A stretch of 64,000 nucleotides of DNA, from NCBI GenBank assembly GCA_030295235.1, contig AP026123.1:372001-436000 (forward strand), in the 5' to 3' direction. Positions 50,202 to 62,975 of the stretch are shown piece by piece. Both the position numbers and the translations under genes were made by a program. How positions within the stretch are numbered: the first letter of the stretch is position 1; every line of letters starts with the position of its first letter. The stretch comes from Fistulifera solaris. Taxonomy: Eukaryota. The notes under the pieces were generated by a model that saw nothing but the letters and a program-made list of their open reading frames with translations, ran no database searches and was not told where the DNA came from.

Positions 50202-52060
50202 ATGCGTAGAGAGCATTCGACAGCCTTATTGTACGTTTCGGCATTTCCTTTTTTAGTAACGTTAGCCACGATCTTTTTCTTCGGCTTTTCTTTCACTCCG
50301 GCAATACACGCCTTTCATTCAGTCCCAAAACTGCTATCTGCACGCTCTGTTTCTTCGTTACCCCGTATCAAAATGATTAGTAATCCCGACCCAGTACAGC
50401 ATATACCAAAATCAGAACTACCCGAATGGTTCATTCCTTCGCGATCACGGATGCTAACGGATCCCAGTTTGACGAGCCAAACTAGTCATGCGAAAGATGG
50501 TTCGGTCGTTTACTGGATGCAAAGAGATATGAGGGCGCGCGATAACTGGGCTTTGTGTTTAGCGTCTTATTATGCTGCACAAAAGGGTCTTCCGTTGCGT
50601 GTGGTCTATGCATTCGCACCTCCCCCCACACGATTGGATCCGATGCCGTCCTTGCAAGATCTGCCAATGACACGGCGTCACGGAAATTTCCTGTTGGGCG
50701 GTCTCGAATTCGTGCACAAAGAGCTCGCGGCCAAAAAGATTCCTCTGCATTTTGTCATGGCCAAATCACACGAAACTGTGGGCGAAGAAGTTTGTCGATT
50801 GCTACTCGAAGAACTCCGAGCGTGTCTCGTTGTGAGTGACTTTTCACCCCTTCGTCATTTTCGAGAATGGATGGAACTGCAGGCGACACCTTTATTGAAC
50901 AATGCTGCAGTTCCATTTTATCAAGTCGACACGCATAACATTGTTCCAGTGTGGACCGCGGCTCCGAACCGACAAGTCGGTGCTCGGACTCTACGACCCA
51001 AGATCAATAACGTGATTAAGACGTACCTGAAAGAGTTTCCCGTGATGGCGGGAAATACTCAAGACGTGGAGCTTCCCAAGTTTGAACGTGATGTCTATGA
51101 AACATATTTGAAAATTGATGAATCGGTGAAAACTGTTGATTGGGCAATACCAGGGACCGACGCCGGTCTTCAACAGTTTCGCAAATTCTGTCAGGTCGGG
51201 CTACCGAAGTACAACGAAGACCGCAACGATCCAGTGCAGCCGCATATCTGTTCGAACTTGTCCGCGTGGATCAATCATGGTCATATTTCGTTTCAGCGAT
51301 TGACGATGGAGGTCTACAAACTAAACAAGTATCCGACTGGCGTCGCAGGATTTGTGGAAGAAGGCGTTGTTCGACGGGAATTGTCCGATAACTACGTATA
51401 CTATACACCGAATCACTACGATAGCTTGGACGCGGCTGCGGATTGGGCCAAAGAAAGCCTTCAGCTTCATGCGGCCGACCCGCGCGAGCATCTCTACTCA
51501 ACGGAAGACCTCGAGCAAGGAAAGACACACGACGAATTATGGAACGCCGCGCAGCTCCAGTTAGTGAGAGAAGGTGGCATGCATGGTTTCATGAGAATGT
51601 ATTGGGCGAAAAAGATTCTTGAATGGACCGAGTCACCAGAAATCGCTTTGAAAACGAGTCAATACTTCAATGACAGATACGCGCTTGACGGAAAAGATCC
51701 TAACGGATTTGTTGGAGTTGGATGGAGTATCATGGGCATTCACGATCAAGGCTGGCAAGAAAGACCTGTCTTTGGCAAGATTAGATACATGAATTACAAT
51801 GGATGCAAAAGAAAGTACGTGAATACATTGAGACATGTTGTGGCCTAGAATGCAAAAGACTCACTTACTGTTTCTGTTTATGTGCCACTAGATTCTCGAT
51901 TCCACAGTATGTCGCCCGCTATGAAGGGGCGCTTCGTAACGCTGAAGCCCTTACTAACGGAAAGGCATTGGGGTCAAGCGCCAAAAGTTCAAAGCAGGCA
52001 CCCAAGAAGCGTGTTGCGAACACCACATTGGACGTGTTTTTGAAGAAAAAGAAACTTTAA
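50202..52060 (+). CDS. PHR: Class II CPD photolyase; intron 51815-51891
   Basis: VVYWMQRDMRARDNWAL, QVDTHNIVPVW, GARTLRPKI, VRRELSDN, MHGFMRMYWAKKILEW, DGKDPNGFVG, ERPVFGKIRYMN. Confidence 0.96.
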
Positions 52061-53906
52061 AACAATAATAATTGAATTTCACAAATTGGTAGATAGTCTA
52101 GTGTTATTTCTACTTTTACAAAGTACTGAGTCTCTGACCAGGAGGCGGCGGGGAACCTCTGATAAACTAAGCAGTCGGCTTTACACCCGCCTTGTTGTGT
52201 CGAAGGTCGAAGTATGATTGATCGGGTGTACGAGTATCGGGTATTTGTTCTCTTGTTAGCTAAAGTCCCAATGTGGACCCAAGTGACACTGGATTGACGT
52301 CGTACGGCCGCACAACTCATACGATCACATCGAATTGGCGCCAATCGAACCTCTTCGTCGAGAGAAACACTCACTGAACCTTTCTTCAAGCGGATTCCGA
52401 AACTGTCATTCCTCCGCATTCCGCTCCCTCACATTCGCTCCAAAATCTTCAATCAACGGAGGTCTCAATGCTGCAACGACTTCATGAAAATTAGTGAGCC
52501 GTAGCCGGAGACGAAGCCCAACCACATCGACGGTCGCATGCTAACGATCTAGTTGTTGTCGTTGGAAAGATACGTTGTCCATGCATGTGTTTGACGGCCG
52601 ATGGCTTCTAGCTCACATCTTTTCTGTGCGTAGTTTGGACCCTATTCTTTGTCTCGCTAAAACTCAATGGTCGCCTCTTAATGGGTCAAAGACATGGGTA
52701 ACACATCAATGGTCGAATGTCAACAATAGTTGTCGAAAAAAGTATCGATGTGTCTCACAACGTGGTTTAAGATGATGGAGGCTCGGCTCAAATCCCTTCT
52801 GCTCGTTGATTCAATTTACTTGTGAGGTGAGGTTGAGACACCCGTTAACTGTCAACTCAACTCAATATTTGGAGCGCAAATGAGTCTTTTGACCTACCGG
52901 TTCAACCTTATTTGTCCTTTGGAAAAACAATTTGCTCGTCAATGACGGCCTCTTTGTGCACAGTAGTACTTCGAGGAAATTTTTTAGGAAGAAAATTACG
53001 ACCGATGATTGCTGATTGATGGTCAATGATATTGCAATCTTTGCCAACTTCAAGACCCTTGATGAAAGAACATTGACGAAAAGTGTGTCGTATTTCAGCA
53101 GCAAATGCGGTATGATAACCACATTCGGCGTCGTGTCCGTCACCAGACTATCTTATTGACGCGGAATGATAATATTTGTGAAAGAACTGGCATGAAATGA
53201 AAGGTTTACCGCCTGTTGCTGTCGAATGAAGTGGTCGCACAAGAATGGGCCAAAAATCATGGGCAACCCCCTTGCGTTTTGGCGCAAAAATTCACGGTTT
53301 GTCACACTAAACTCGTAGAGTAGATAAAAAGACAGTCTAGGCCGAATAGTAGTCTCGCGCTCGGAGCGGTACTTCTCGTATGCGACATGTCGGAGCGCGT
53401 ATCGAAAATGGTCATCAGGACGCATGGACAGACTGGACCCTCTCTAAAATTCGTGACTAAAAATGTACCGTGACTAAAGCTATTTTTCCCATAGTATAGT
53501 GTGCTCGTACGTCTCGTGTCTCGTCTTGCCGCCATGCCGATTTCTCCGAACTTCTTGCAACTCACTCTGCAATCTGCAACTGCACAACATGTACTTCTTA
53601 CTGGTACTGTAGTAACATGTGGACGATTTTGGCGAAGCGGATACAGTTTTGTAGGGGAGTTCAGTTCGCAAAAATATTTGATATTTCCGTTCAGTACAAT
53701 CTTCGATACTAGTCGTTCTTCGATGACCTAAAAAGTGGCCCAAAAGACTTTTTTGAAATTTTGAAATGACAGCTTTTGCGTGCAGGGCAAAGTAGGCTTC
53801 CAACATCGACGGCCTTTCATCGACAAGAGTTTCCTCGCCTCTTTATCATCCCTGACCAAGTCGTTGCATCAAGTGAAACATCGGGAACAAAAGCGATATT
53901 ATCACC

Positions 53907-56271
53907 ATGAGAACCCGTGCATTCGTTGCGCACCTCGGCGTTCTAATTGCTGGTGCTGCGATCGCCGCCGAAGCTCATCAAGAGCGATCGCTTCGACATC
54001 GGCATGTACGACGACGTCTGGAACAGGATTTTCAAGTAAAGCTTTTTGCCGGAGAATATGTCGATATGGAAGGGATTGTAATTGAGAACTCTACCGAAGG
54101 AAATAAAGCTATAGGCTGGATTGATCAGGGTGATTGGGCGGCGTATAATATAACTTTACCGTCGGCGGGAACTTATGATTTGAAACTTGAGGTGGCCAGC
54201 CCGACCGGAGACGGTTCTCTATCAGTCACTGATTTTGTAAGCAATCAGGAATATGCCTTTTTCAGCGATCTACCGAACACGAGTGACTGGCAAAATTGGG
54301 AAACAGTGAGCGTCTCGGTCGAGTTGCCCGAGGGCTCTAGCACATTGAAATTGAACTTCTTAAGCCCGGGATTTAATCTGCTCTCCTTGGAGCTTTCTGA
54401 GTCTGTTGTAGTCGATGAAAACGATGAAAGCCCTAGTGAGAGTTTTAAACACATTTACGAGAGTGGGAGCTTGCGAATTCCGGCGGATAAATTCAGTTCA
54501 ATGGAGGGGATCGTAGTCGAAAGTTCGAGCGAAGGAGGGTACAGTATAGGCTGGCTCGATGCGGGTGACATGGTAACCTACAACGTTTCTCTCCCCCTTG
54601 GCCGGTGTCTATAAATTGGAAATGCGCATTGCCTCTCCGTCCGGTAATGGAGCGTTCAGTATTACCGATTCATCGAATCAAGAGTTTGCATTAATGACGC
54701 GTCTCCCTCAAACAAATGATTGGCAGAGCTGGCAAACAATCAGCTTTGAGTTTACCCTGCCGGCTGGTCCATCAGATCTCGTAGTCAATGTTTTGAGGTC
54801 TGGTTGGAATCTACTTTGGTTAGAACTTTCTAGCACCGACGAACCATCATTTGAACCACAGGAAGATGAATTTCGCTTAAGACTACCTGCCGATGAATTT
54901 TTGTCGATGCAGGGCATTGTTGTCGAGACACTCCCCGATGGCGGCCGATACGTTGCTTGGTTAGATCCGGACGATTGGATGACGTACTCGATCACAGTGC
55001 CTAGCAACGGAACTTACAGAATAGACATGCAAGTATCAAGTCCAGCTGGAATCGGCGCGTTCGAGCTGTCAAATTTAGACACGAGAGAGGTGTATGGTTT
55101 TGAAAACTATTTCCCCGCAACTGGCGGCTGGCAAAACTGGGAGACGGTACGCTTGAACGCCACACTGCCGGCGGGTTCATTGACAATGAAGGTTCAAGTT
55201 CTAGACCCCGGATGGAATTTGCTTTCTATAGAAATTGTTGGCCTCATGCCAGGAAACAATACTGACGAAAGTCCAGAAGGCAACAATGACGATGGAGTTG
55301 TCGAAGAGGACGTTCGAGTACGAATCTCTGCCAGCAACTACTCATCAATGGAGGGCATTGTTACTGAAACGTCCTCTGAAGGCAGTGAGAGCATCGGTTC
55401 ACTGGACGCTGGGGATAGTGTGAACTATGAGATATCACTGCCCACTAGAGGTCTTTACGGAGCGCAAATGCGTGTATCCAATTTTACTGAAGATAGCGCT
55501 TTTGTTTTGAGTAACACGGACAATGGCGAAGAATATGCTTTTGTGAACAACACTTCAACAACAGAAGACGTAGGAAACTGGGAAAATATCTCGTTTAACA
55601 CTACCTTGCCGAGTGGCTTTTTGCCTTTGCAACTCAAGATTGTTGGTCCTGGATGGAGCTTGCTGTGGATTGAATTCAATTTGCTGGAATCACATCAAAA
55701 CAGTACTTACTACGACCAATTTCAGGCGACGATCAGCGCCAGCAATTTCTCATCAATGGAAGGTGTGGAGTTGCAAGAATTTCCTGAAGGGCTACAGCAA
55801 ATTGGGCTTCTTGAGAAAGGCGACTGGGCAGCATTTAATTTGTCAATACCCTATGAGGGAACTTACAAAATGATATTGCAAGTCTCGAGTCCTTCAGGAG
55901 AAGGTAGCTTTGAAGTTGTGGACATGGAATCTGAAACTATCTACGCCACTGTGAATACCTTGCCTGAAACAGGAAGTTGGGAAGCGTTAGGCAATGTTAC
56001 TAGAGTTATTCTCCTCTCAGCTGGACGTGTGTCTTTACAAATTCGAGTGCTGGAGCCAGGCTGGAATCTGGCTAGTATCTCTCTCGAAAAAGTATTGCCT
56101 CTTTTCGGAGCAAATGGCGAAGACTTCACCATTGAAGCCCCTGATACAATAAACGGCAAACCGTCATGGGACGAACCGATCATACGGGATCCATGGACTC
56201 CCATTTTGGACGATGCCGTCTTCCGGGATCCGCTCGCTACCGATTTCGCCGCCCTGGCCAGTAATCCGTAG
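53907..56271 (+). CDS. Secreted protein with five tandem CBM6-like carbohydrate-binding modules; C-run frameshift ~54595
   Basis: Signal peptide; five repeats of SMEG(I/V)..E...G...IGW(L/I)D.GDW..Y...P..G.Y.....V.SP.G.....T..WQ.W......LP.G......GWNL. Confidence 0.8.
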
Positions 56272-56739
56272 AGTGAAATCGTCGATTGCGACCATAACAA
56301 AAATGACACTTTGCATCAGAAAGCCAACGGCGCTTGTAAGGTTTATGCCCTACGGTCCGTTCTAGTGGCTCCTCACAATGAATAGCTTTCTGAAAGTTTC
56401 TTTTCACAAGGGCTAGCAGAGGGCTGCTGCATTCTTTAGTGATGAGAAGCAGCTCACTGGACTAATACACCGCAAATTAGTAATTTAATCAGCAGGTAGT
56501 TTTCCGCTTTTAATCATCAGTGAGCATCTTGGGAAATAGATCTCGGAAGTTCAACCCAAGTCACTAACCATAGCACAAAACTCCATCCCCAATGGATTAC
56601 GTAGCAGATGCTTGTAGCGTTAGCGTCATCATAATTTTGCGCAAGACGATGACGGGGGAAATGCCAATGAATTATTATTTATGATTATTTACGGTATCCG
56701 TGCTTTCTTTTATCTTAAAGTAGACCGATCAAGAGATGA

Positions 56740-57957
56740 ATGCTTTATATATTTTTTTTGCTAACTATTCTTTCGGCGGCATTAGCTGATCTGAGTTGTG
56801 CGTTCGTAGAAGCACCAGTACATCCGCAGCTCACCCGCAATGCTGACCGCCGCCTTACAATCTTGTCACAGGCAAGCGCAAATACAAAAGATACACGCCC
56901 TGATACTATAATTACGGAAAAGAAGAAGTTACTTCAAGACTGTATATGCCTCGTCACCGGAGCTTCTCGAGGGATCGGAAAAGGAATCGCCATTGAACTG
57001 GGCAAACAGGGAGCAACCGTGTACGTGACGGGCACGTCAAGCTCCAGCGCCGGTAGTCCTCAACAAACTCGGTTCAGCTCAATAAATGGAGAATCGGGAC
57101 CTGGATCGATTGAAGAAACCGCCGCGGCGGTCACGGCTGCAGGAGGTCAAGGTATTGCGGTGTTCTGTAACCACGGAATCGACGAGGATGTTCAAAAACT
57201 CATTCAGCTCATTGAGGCGAGCCACGGGCGACTAGACATACTCATCAACAATTGCTTTCGCATGCCAAAAGACAGCGTTAAAGATTTGAACAAGAAGTTT
57301 TGGGAGCTTCCTCTCGATACGTGGGATAATCTGCACCAAGTGGGGCTACGAAGTCACTATGTCGCCAGCTATTATGCTACCCCGCTTTTGATCAAAGCAG
57401 CCGACAATCCCGACAAACCCGCTGGTCTACCCAGACCTTTGATCGGAATGATAAGCTCGTTTGGAGGACTGACTTATACGTTTAATTTACCCTACGGTGT
57501 TGGAAAAGCTGGCGTGGACCGAATGGCGAAAGATATGGCGACCGAATTTACATTTGCCGACAAAGATATCTGCGTCATTTCATTTTGGCCGGGTGTCGTA
57601 ATGACAGAGAGGACTGAAATCGCTCTGGAGAATGGAGATTGGGACAAGTACGTCGGTATTCCGCTAGAAAACGCCGAGTCTCCCGCTTTAACGGGCAAAG
57701 CAATCGTAGCTGTTGCTGCGGATCCAAACAATATGAAGAAGTCTGGCAGTTATCAAGTTGTTGCAGAGTTGGCACAAGAATACGGATTCACGGAAGATGA
57801 CGGCCGCACTCCTCCAAGTATCCGCTCGCTTCGCTTTCTTCTACCATCCTATGCCATGGATGAGACGATCAGGAAAAAAATTCCCTCGTGGCTTATTCCA
57901 GACTTCAAGCTTCCCTTCTGGATAATGTCCCAGGGACAGCCTCCGAAACCCGAATGA
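56740..57957 (+). CDS. Short-chain dehydrogenase/reductase (DHRS1-like) with signal peptide / plastid-type presequence
   Basis: TGASRGIG, GRLDILINN, SS, YGVGK, FWPGVVMTE. Confidence 0.9.
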   Translation: MLYIFFLLTILSAALADLSCAFVEAPVHPQLTRNADRRLTILSQASANTKDTRPDTIITEKKKLLQDCICLVTGASRGIGKGIAIELGKQGATVYVTGTSSSSAGSPQQTRFSSINGESGPGSIEETAAAVTAAGGQGIAVFCNHGIDEDVQKLIQLIEASHGRLDILINNCFRMPKDSVKDLNKKFWELPLDTWDNLHQVGLRSHYVASYYATPLLIKAADNPDKPAGLPRPLIGMISSFGGLTYTFNLPYGVGKAGVDRMAKDMATEFTFADKDICVISFWPGVVMTERTEIALENGDWDKYVGIPLENAESPALTGKAIVAVAADPNNMKKSGSYQVVAELAQEYGFTEDDGRTPPSIRSLRFLLPSYAMDETIRKKIPSWLIPDFKLPFWIMSQGQPPKPE

Positions 57958-58296
57958 GGAGCTTTTCTGATGTGATTTTGTCGTTTGCATCGTAGCTAGT
58001 CAAGTTTTTGTTGGTGTTGGTACTCTTGCAAGCAAGCTAATGACTGGAATGAAAAGCATTCACGGACTGACGAATCGCGAGTTTGTATCTTTCCGGTACT
58101 TAGCGGTACCCAACGTCCATGGTTCTTGTTTTGATCAGACACGCTTCGCATTTGAGCCGTTTCTGGCACAATTTTTTTGAATTCGAGTTCGGATTGCACA
58201 TCACACCGATTCAAGAAAAAGCGATGGCAACATTTTCTTTCTTCCCTTTGTCGCAAATAACAAAAGTCATCAAGATCAGAAAGTCATTTCATCGAC

Positions 58297-59719
58297 ATGA
58301 AACTCATCATCCTCGCCTTGCTTTCCCTCTGGGTCTCGGCCAACGTCGTTAGCGATGCTGGTGGTGCCTGTTTGAATAGAAACCTTGGAACATTTGAAGG
58401 CCTAGCAATATTTGACGAGGCATTGGAGTCTGGGCGCGGTTGCGAGTATGACGTTGAGGAAACAGCAGCTATTTCCGAGTCATCCTATGAAAGAGAATCG
58501 CCAGCAGTTCTGGAAAAGATAAGCGTATCGGAGCCGACATGGGCGAGCCACAGGTAATCGATGGCGACCGAACTGAAGAGATTTTAAAGCACATTGCCGA
58601 CACGCGCGTTTATCTGAAAGAAAAGGTCATGGTCGAGCCACAGTACGAGAAAGTGCGAGATATTTGTATGAATAAGCACACCTCCTGTACCTTTTGGGCC
58701 GTTATAGGCGAATGCGACAAGAACCCTGCTTACATGGAATTACAATGCGCTCCGGCTTGTCGTACCTGCGAGCAGCTTCACGTCGAAACTCGTTGTCCCC
58801 TGGATGAAAATGCTATTGATGCATTGTATCCCGGCGATCTTGATAGAATGTTTGAAAGAATTATAACCGAGCCTGAACTTCAGCAGTATGGGCCAGTTGT
58901 CTTGTCTCGTCCCAGCTACGCCCCAGGCGACGGGCCGAACAATGCCACTTATAACATCGGAATATGGATGATTCAGTTTGAGAACGCACTTTCGGAAGAA
59001 GAAGCGGATAGAATGATAGAATTGGGCGGAATAAAAGGGTATGAGAGAAGCAAGGATGTTGGTGAAAAGCAACCCGACGGCACATACCAAGCCCACGTTA
59101 ATACGGGAAGAACATCGACCAATGCTGTAAGTTAGCCTCGATGTCATTCAAAACTGGCAACACATCATCAATCCTAACTGCCTTTCTTTTCATCAGTGGT
59201 GTGTGGACTCCTGCTACACCGATCCAGTGGCGCAGACGCTCATGGCTCGCATCGAAACTATCACTGGCATCCCGGAGACAAATTCTGAAAACCTGCAACT
59301 TTTGCGATACGAGGAGTCACAGTTTTACCAAACGCATAACGACGTAAGTCAAATCGAATCTCTCCTTCACGATCTTATCTGGTACAGTTTTTCTAATTTC
59401 TGAACTCCATCGTGTCATTTCTTTTCAGTATATCAATTATCAAATTGAGAGACCCTGCGGTGTTCGTGTGTTGACATTCTACATGTACTTGAACGACGTG
59501 GAAGAGGGCGGAGGAACTGACTTTCCTAGGTTAAATATGACAGTAATGCCAAAGAAGGGTCGAGCTGTCATGTGGCCATCGGTTCTAAACATGAACCCCA
59601 ACAAAAAGGATCCTCGAAGCGATCATCAAGCATTACCAGTAATCAAGGGCGTTAAATATGGAGCCAATGCTTGGATCCACATGCGGGATTTCAAAACTCC
59701 CAACAAAAAGGGATGCTGA
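58297..59719 (+). CDS. Prolyl 4-hydroxylase with ShKT domain; frameshift ~58540; introns 59127-59196, 59344-59428
   Basis: CMNKHTSCTFWAVIGECDKNPAYMELQCAPAC; RTSTNAW; LQLLRYEESQFYQTHND; YLNDVEEGGGTDFP; HQALPVIKGVKYGANAW. Confidence 0.92.
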
Positions 59720-60238
59720 TTCCTTAAAAATTTGCATGATGTACCCGTTGCCAGAGTCGGCAACTTTAAGTAACGCATAACTATAATTGTTGTTGTTTGG
59801 TCAAATCACGTTGTAGCGCCTGTTTGGTTACGTCTACTTTTTGGTGGGGTAGACTCGATTTCGATTCATTCCAGTCCTGACGCTTGTCGAACACAAGAAG
59901 GCGGACGATAAATTTGTAGTCTAATTTATCGTCCGTCGTCAACATTATAAGCAATCACATTGTTAGTGATAAAGATAACGAGAGATTTAGGTTGCAGGTG
60001 GTGCTGCCGGATCGATAATTCACTTATAGCCGCTGCGAAATCTGCGTTAGTAATTACTATGGCCCAAAGTGTTGTCCGTTTTTGCCATGACTGGACTTCA
60101 GTCATGAGAATCATGAGAATCGATCTTGTGGTTTTGCGTTTTGCTTGTGTTTGCGTCGGTGCTTTGTGTTTACTAGTCTAGTATTTCGATTCAACTCCTC
60201 TCTTACTTCTCTGACTTACCATACGGTCTCTACTTCTC

Positions 60239-61142
60239 ATGTTTCGTAAAACGAAACGGAAAGCGAATGCTGGTCTCCGACGCAAAGACGACTCGAGCGA
60301 TGACGAAGAAAACGAAGCAGCGCAAGAAGAGGATACGACTGACTTACTCTCCGAAGCACGAAAGCGTTTAAAGGGCTCAAAGGCAAAAACATCGAGTGCG
60401 GAGACGACAGAACAACAATCTACTTCAGTCATGCAAACGTACGAATCTACGAAATCGCGCATTACGAACGCCGACTTGGCTACTAGCACGGCACAGCACC
60501 TTCCCGAGAAACAGCAGCAAGATGAAACAGTGGGAGTTGGTGCTGATGGAATCTTTCGGAATACGCAGCGAAACAAGTTTCTGGCGGGTCCTATCAAGGT
60601 TGCCCAGAATGTCCGCGTTACGGCTCGGTTCGATTACGAGCCAAGTATCTGCAAAGATTACAAAGAAACGGGTTTCTGTGGCTTCGGTGATACATGTATT
60701 TACTTGCACGATCGAGGAGATACAATGACTGGATGGCAGTTAGAGCAGCAATGGGAAGAGCAACAGAAGAAGAAAAAAAGAACAACAGGAGAAAGAGATA
60801 CAGGGCTTTGTCGATGGCATGAACGAATCGAAATCAAATACGAAAGAGGAATTAGCTACATCCGATGGCCTTCCGTTTGCATGCTTCTTGTGCAGAGAGT
60901 TCTTCAAGAATCCTGTCGTCACGGTTTGTAATCATTACTTCTGTGAATCGTGTATTATGAATTATGTGAGGGAAGGGAGTGATGCATGCCCAATTTGTTC
61001 TCACGACACAGGCTCTGTTTTCAATTATCCTGCCAAGCTGGTTACCAAGAAAAAGAAAATGCTGGGGTTGGAGCGATCAAATAATCCCGACTCGTGGAAG
61101 GAATACGCTAAGGCTATGGCGAAGGAAGATGATGCGCACTAG
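60239..61142 (+). CDS. CWC24: Spliceosomal CCCH + RING protein CWC24/RNF113; A-run frameshift ~60775
   Basis: [58 protein letters not shown]. Confidence 0.93.
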
Positions 61143-61450
61143 ATATTGGGTTTGTGTGTTGAGGCCAACGGAAAATACGCCGCTCTCTATCTTACAAAGT
61201 CATAATGGTCACCAAGAACAAACTTAAATATTAGAATAATCATTCTCTTGGAATAAAAAAATTATGTCGCTATGTTGTCGCAGTCGCTAGTGCAAACATT
61301 CTATTCCCTTCCGTTTGTTTCTGGCAGTTGTTGTCCGGTGAATTGGTTGTTCTACTTTAAATGAGATTTCAAGTGCAATCGCCAAATCTTGTAATGTTTC
61401 ATCGAGTCACCAATCTTGAAAAATGCAACGGATGAACTTCCACACTTAGA

Positions 61451-62301
61451 TCATACTGAGCCTTGGAGAATGATCTCTTCCAGGTCGGAGTTGCTCCAGC
61501 AATCTGAGACTTGCTCAGAGTTCATCCAAACTTCTTCTGGGACTTCTTTTCCTGTGCTCGGTATGTAATAAAATGACATTCCCCATGCACATATCTTTGT
61601 TTCGTGTTGGCTATTCAAGGCAATGCTTTCAGAATCGTCATTCGAGTGATCGTCGTCGTCGTCGTCGTCGTCACTTACAACGACGCTACGGCTTGGATTC
61701 ATAGTGGCAACCGTCCGCGCTACTTCTTCTTTGTAAGGCAACCACACCAGGCTATAAAAATCTGGTTCATTCTCTGGGTTAGACTTGGCCCGAACTCCAG
61801 TGCCTTTGACCTTGACTCGTTGAATTTTATTCAAAAGAAACTCTTTGCCGCGCAAAAGAATTCATTGTAGTAGCCGCCACGGTCGGCACCTTTCGTGAGT
61901 CTTTGGAAGTTGTAAAGATTAAGCTGGCGTTGAAATGACGCCGTTTTTGACTGCTTGAAATACCTCGGAAGGATTACTGTGAATTCTTCTGGCTTGTGTA
62001 CGACGAAACAACGGCCATGTGGTTGCCACGACACAATGTGGTCAAGACCATCACGTTCAACCAGCTGGAGCATTTCATACAATTTGTAAGGAAATGCATT
62101 GTGGTTCCGGGTATCATTGAAGGCGTAATCATAATTGGAATCGGGTGCTGGTACTGCAGCATAATCATGATAGTCATGATGGACAACATGGAGCGCTTGA
62201 TTGCTGCTCGATGCGCCTGAGAGTTTTTGTTGCAGCTTTGGCATTTCGATGGAGGAAAGGGATGATGATTTGTTTTGTCTATTTTGGTTGGAAACACACA
62301 T
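61451..62301 (-). CDS. HSF-type DNA-binding transcription factor; frameshift ~61855
   Basis: FPYKLYEML, IVSWQPHGRCFVVH, YFKQSKTASFQRQLNLYNF, YYNEF-LRGK. Confidence 0.9.
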
Positions 62302-62975
62302 TACAGCACATGTAGTTGTTGTTTTGAAGCTTGGAGTGAAGGTTGAGAGAAGTAAGATCGAGATGAAAGATTGATAGTGAAAAAATGCGAACTGCAATCT
62401 GTGAGCAGATTTTCTTCAATCGCACATTTATTGATCTTGACAAAAATCAGAAATCGGGAACGCGACGAACACGAAGAATATGAAGGAGAACAGTAGAGGA
62501 TTATATCAAAAAGTACACAACTAATTTGTGGTTTCTGTTCTCCTGTTCTGTTCTTCTGTTCTTCTGCTATATCTTTAGGACGATGCCACGTAGACTACAG
62601 TACGTCCATCGTCCATAGTATTTTCAAAATAAGCTGCAAAAAGTTGCAAAAATGCAACGTGCAGTCTGGGTCTGGGTCACGCAACGCTGGTCACGAGTCA
62701 TGAATAACCCAAGTTAAAATGGATGATCCGAGGCTCTAGTAGCATGAATCTAAATGCTAGTAGAGAGAGGCAGACTAGAGCCTTCTCAAAGATGTACAGG
62801 AGGAGTCACATGACTAACGAAACTATCACGACGATAGAAATGTTCGAAGTAGCTGGCAAGAGGCTAGAAATCTTTGAGAAGTGGGGATACTAGGATGCAA
62901 AGGTTGGATTCATTGCCTGGTACCTGTTATTTCATAACAGAGACATTCCAAGGATACCTTTCTGTAATGTAATAG

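Noticed and set aside
52100..53850. Short ORFs between the photolyase and the CBM6 gene
   Set aside because: No recognisable domain or consistent frame; may be a decayed gene but cannot be supported.
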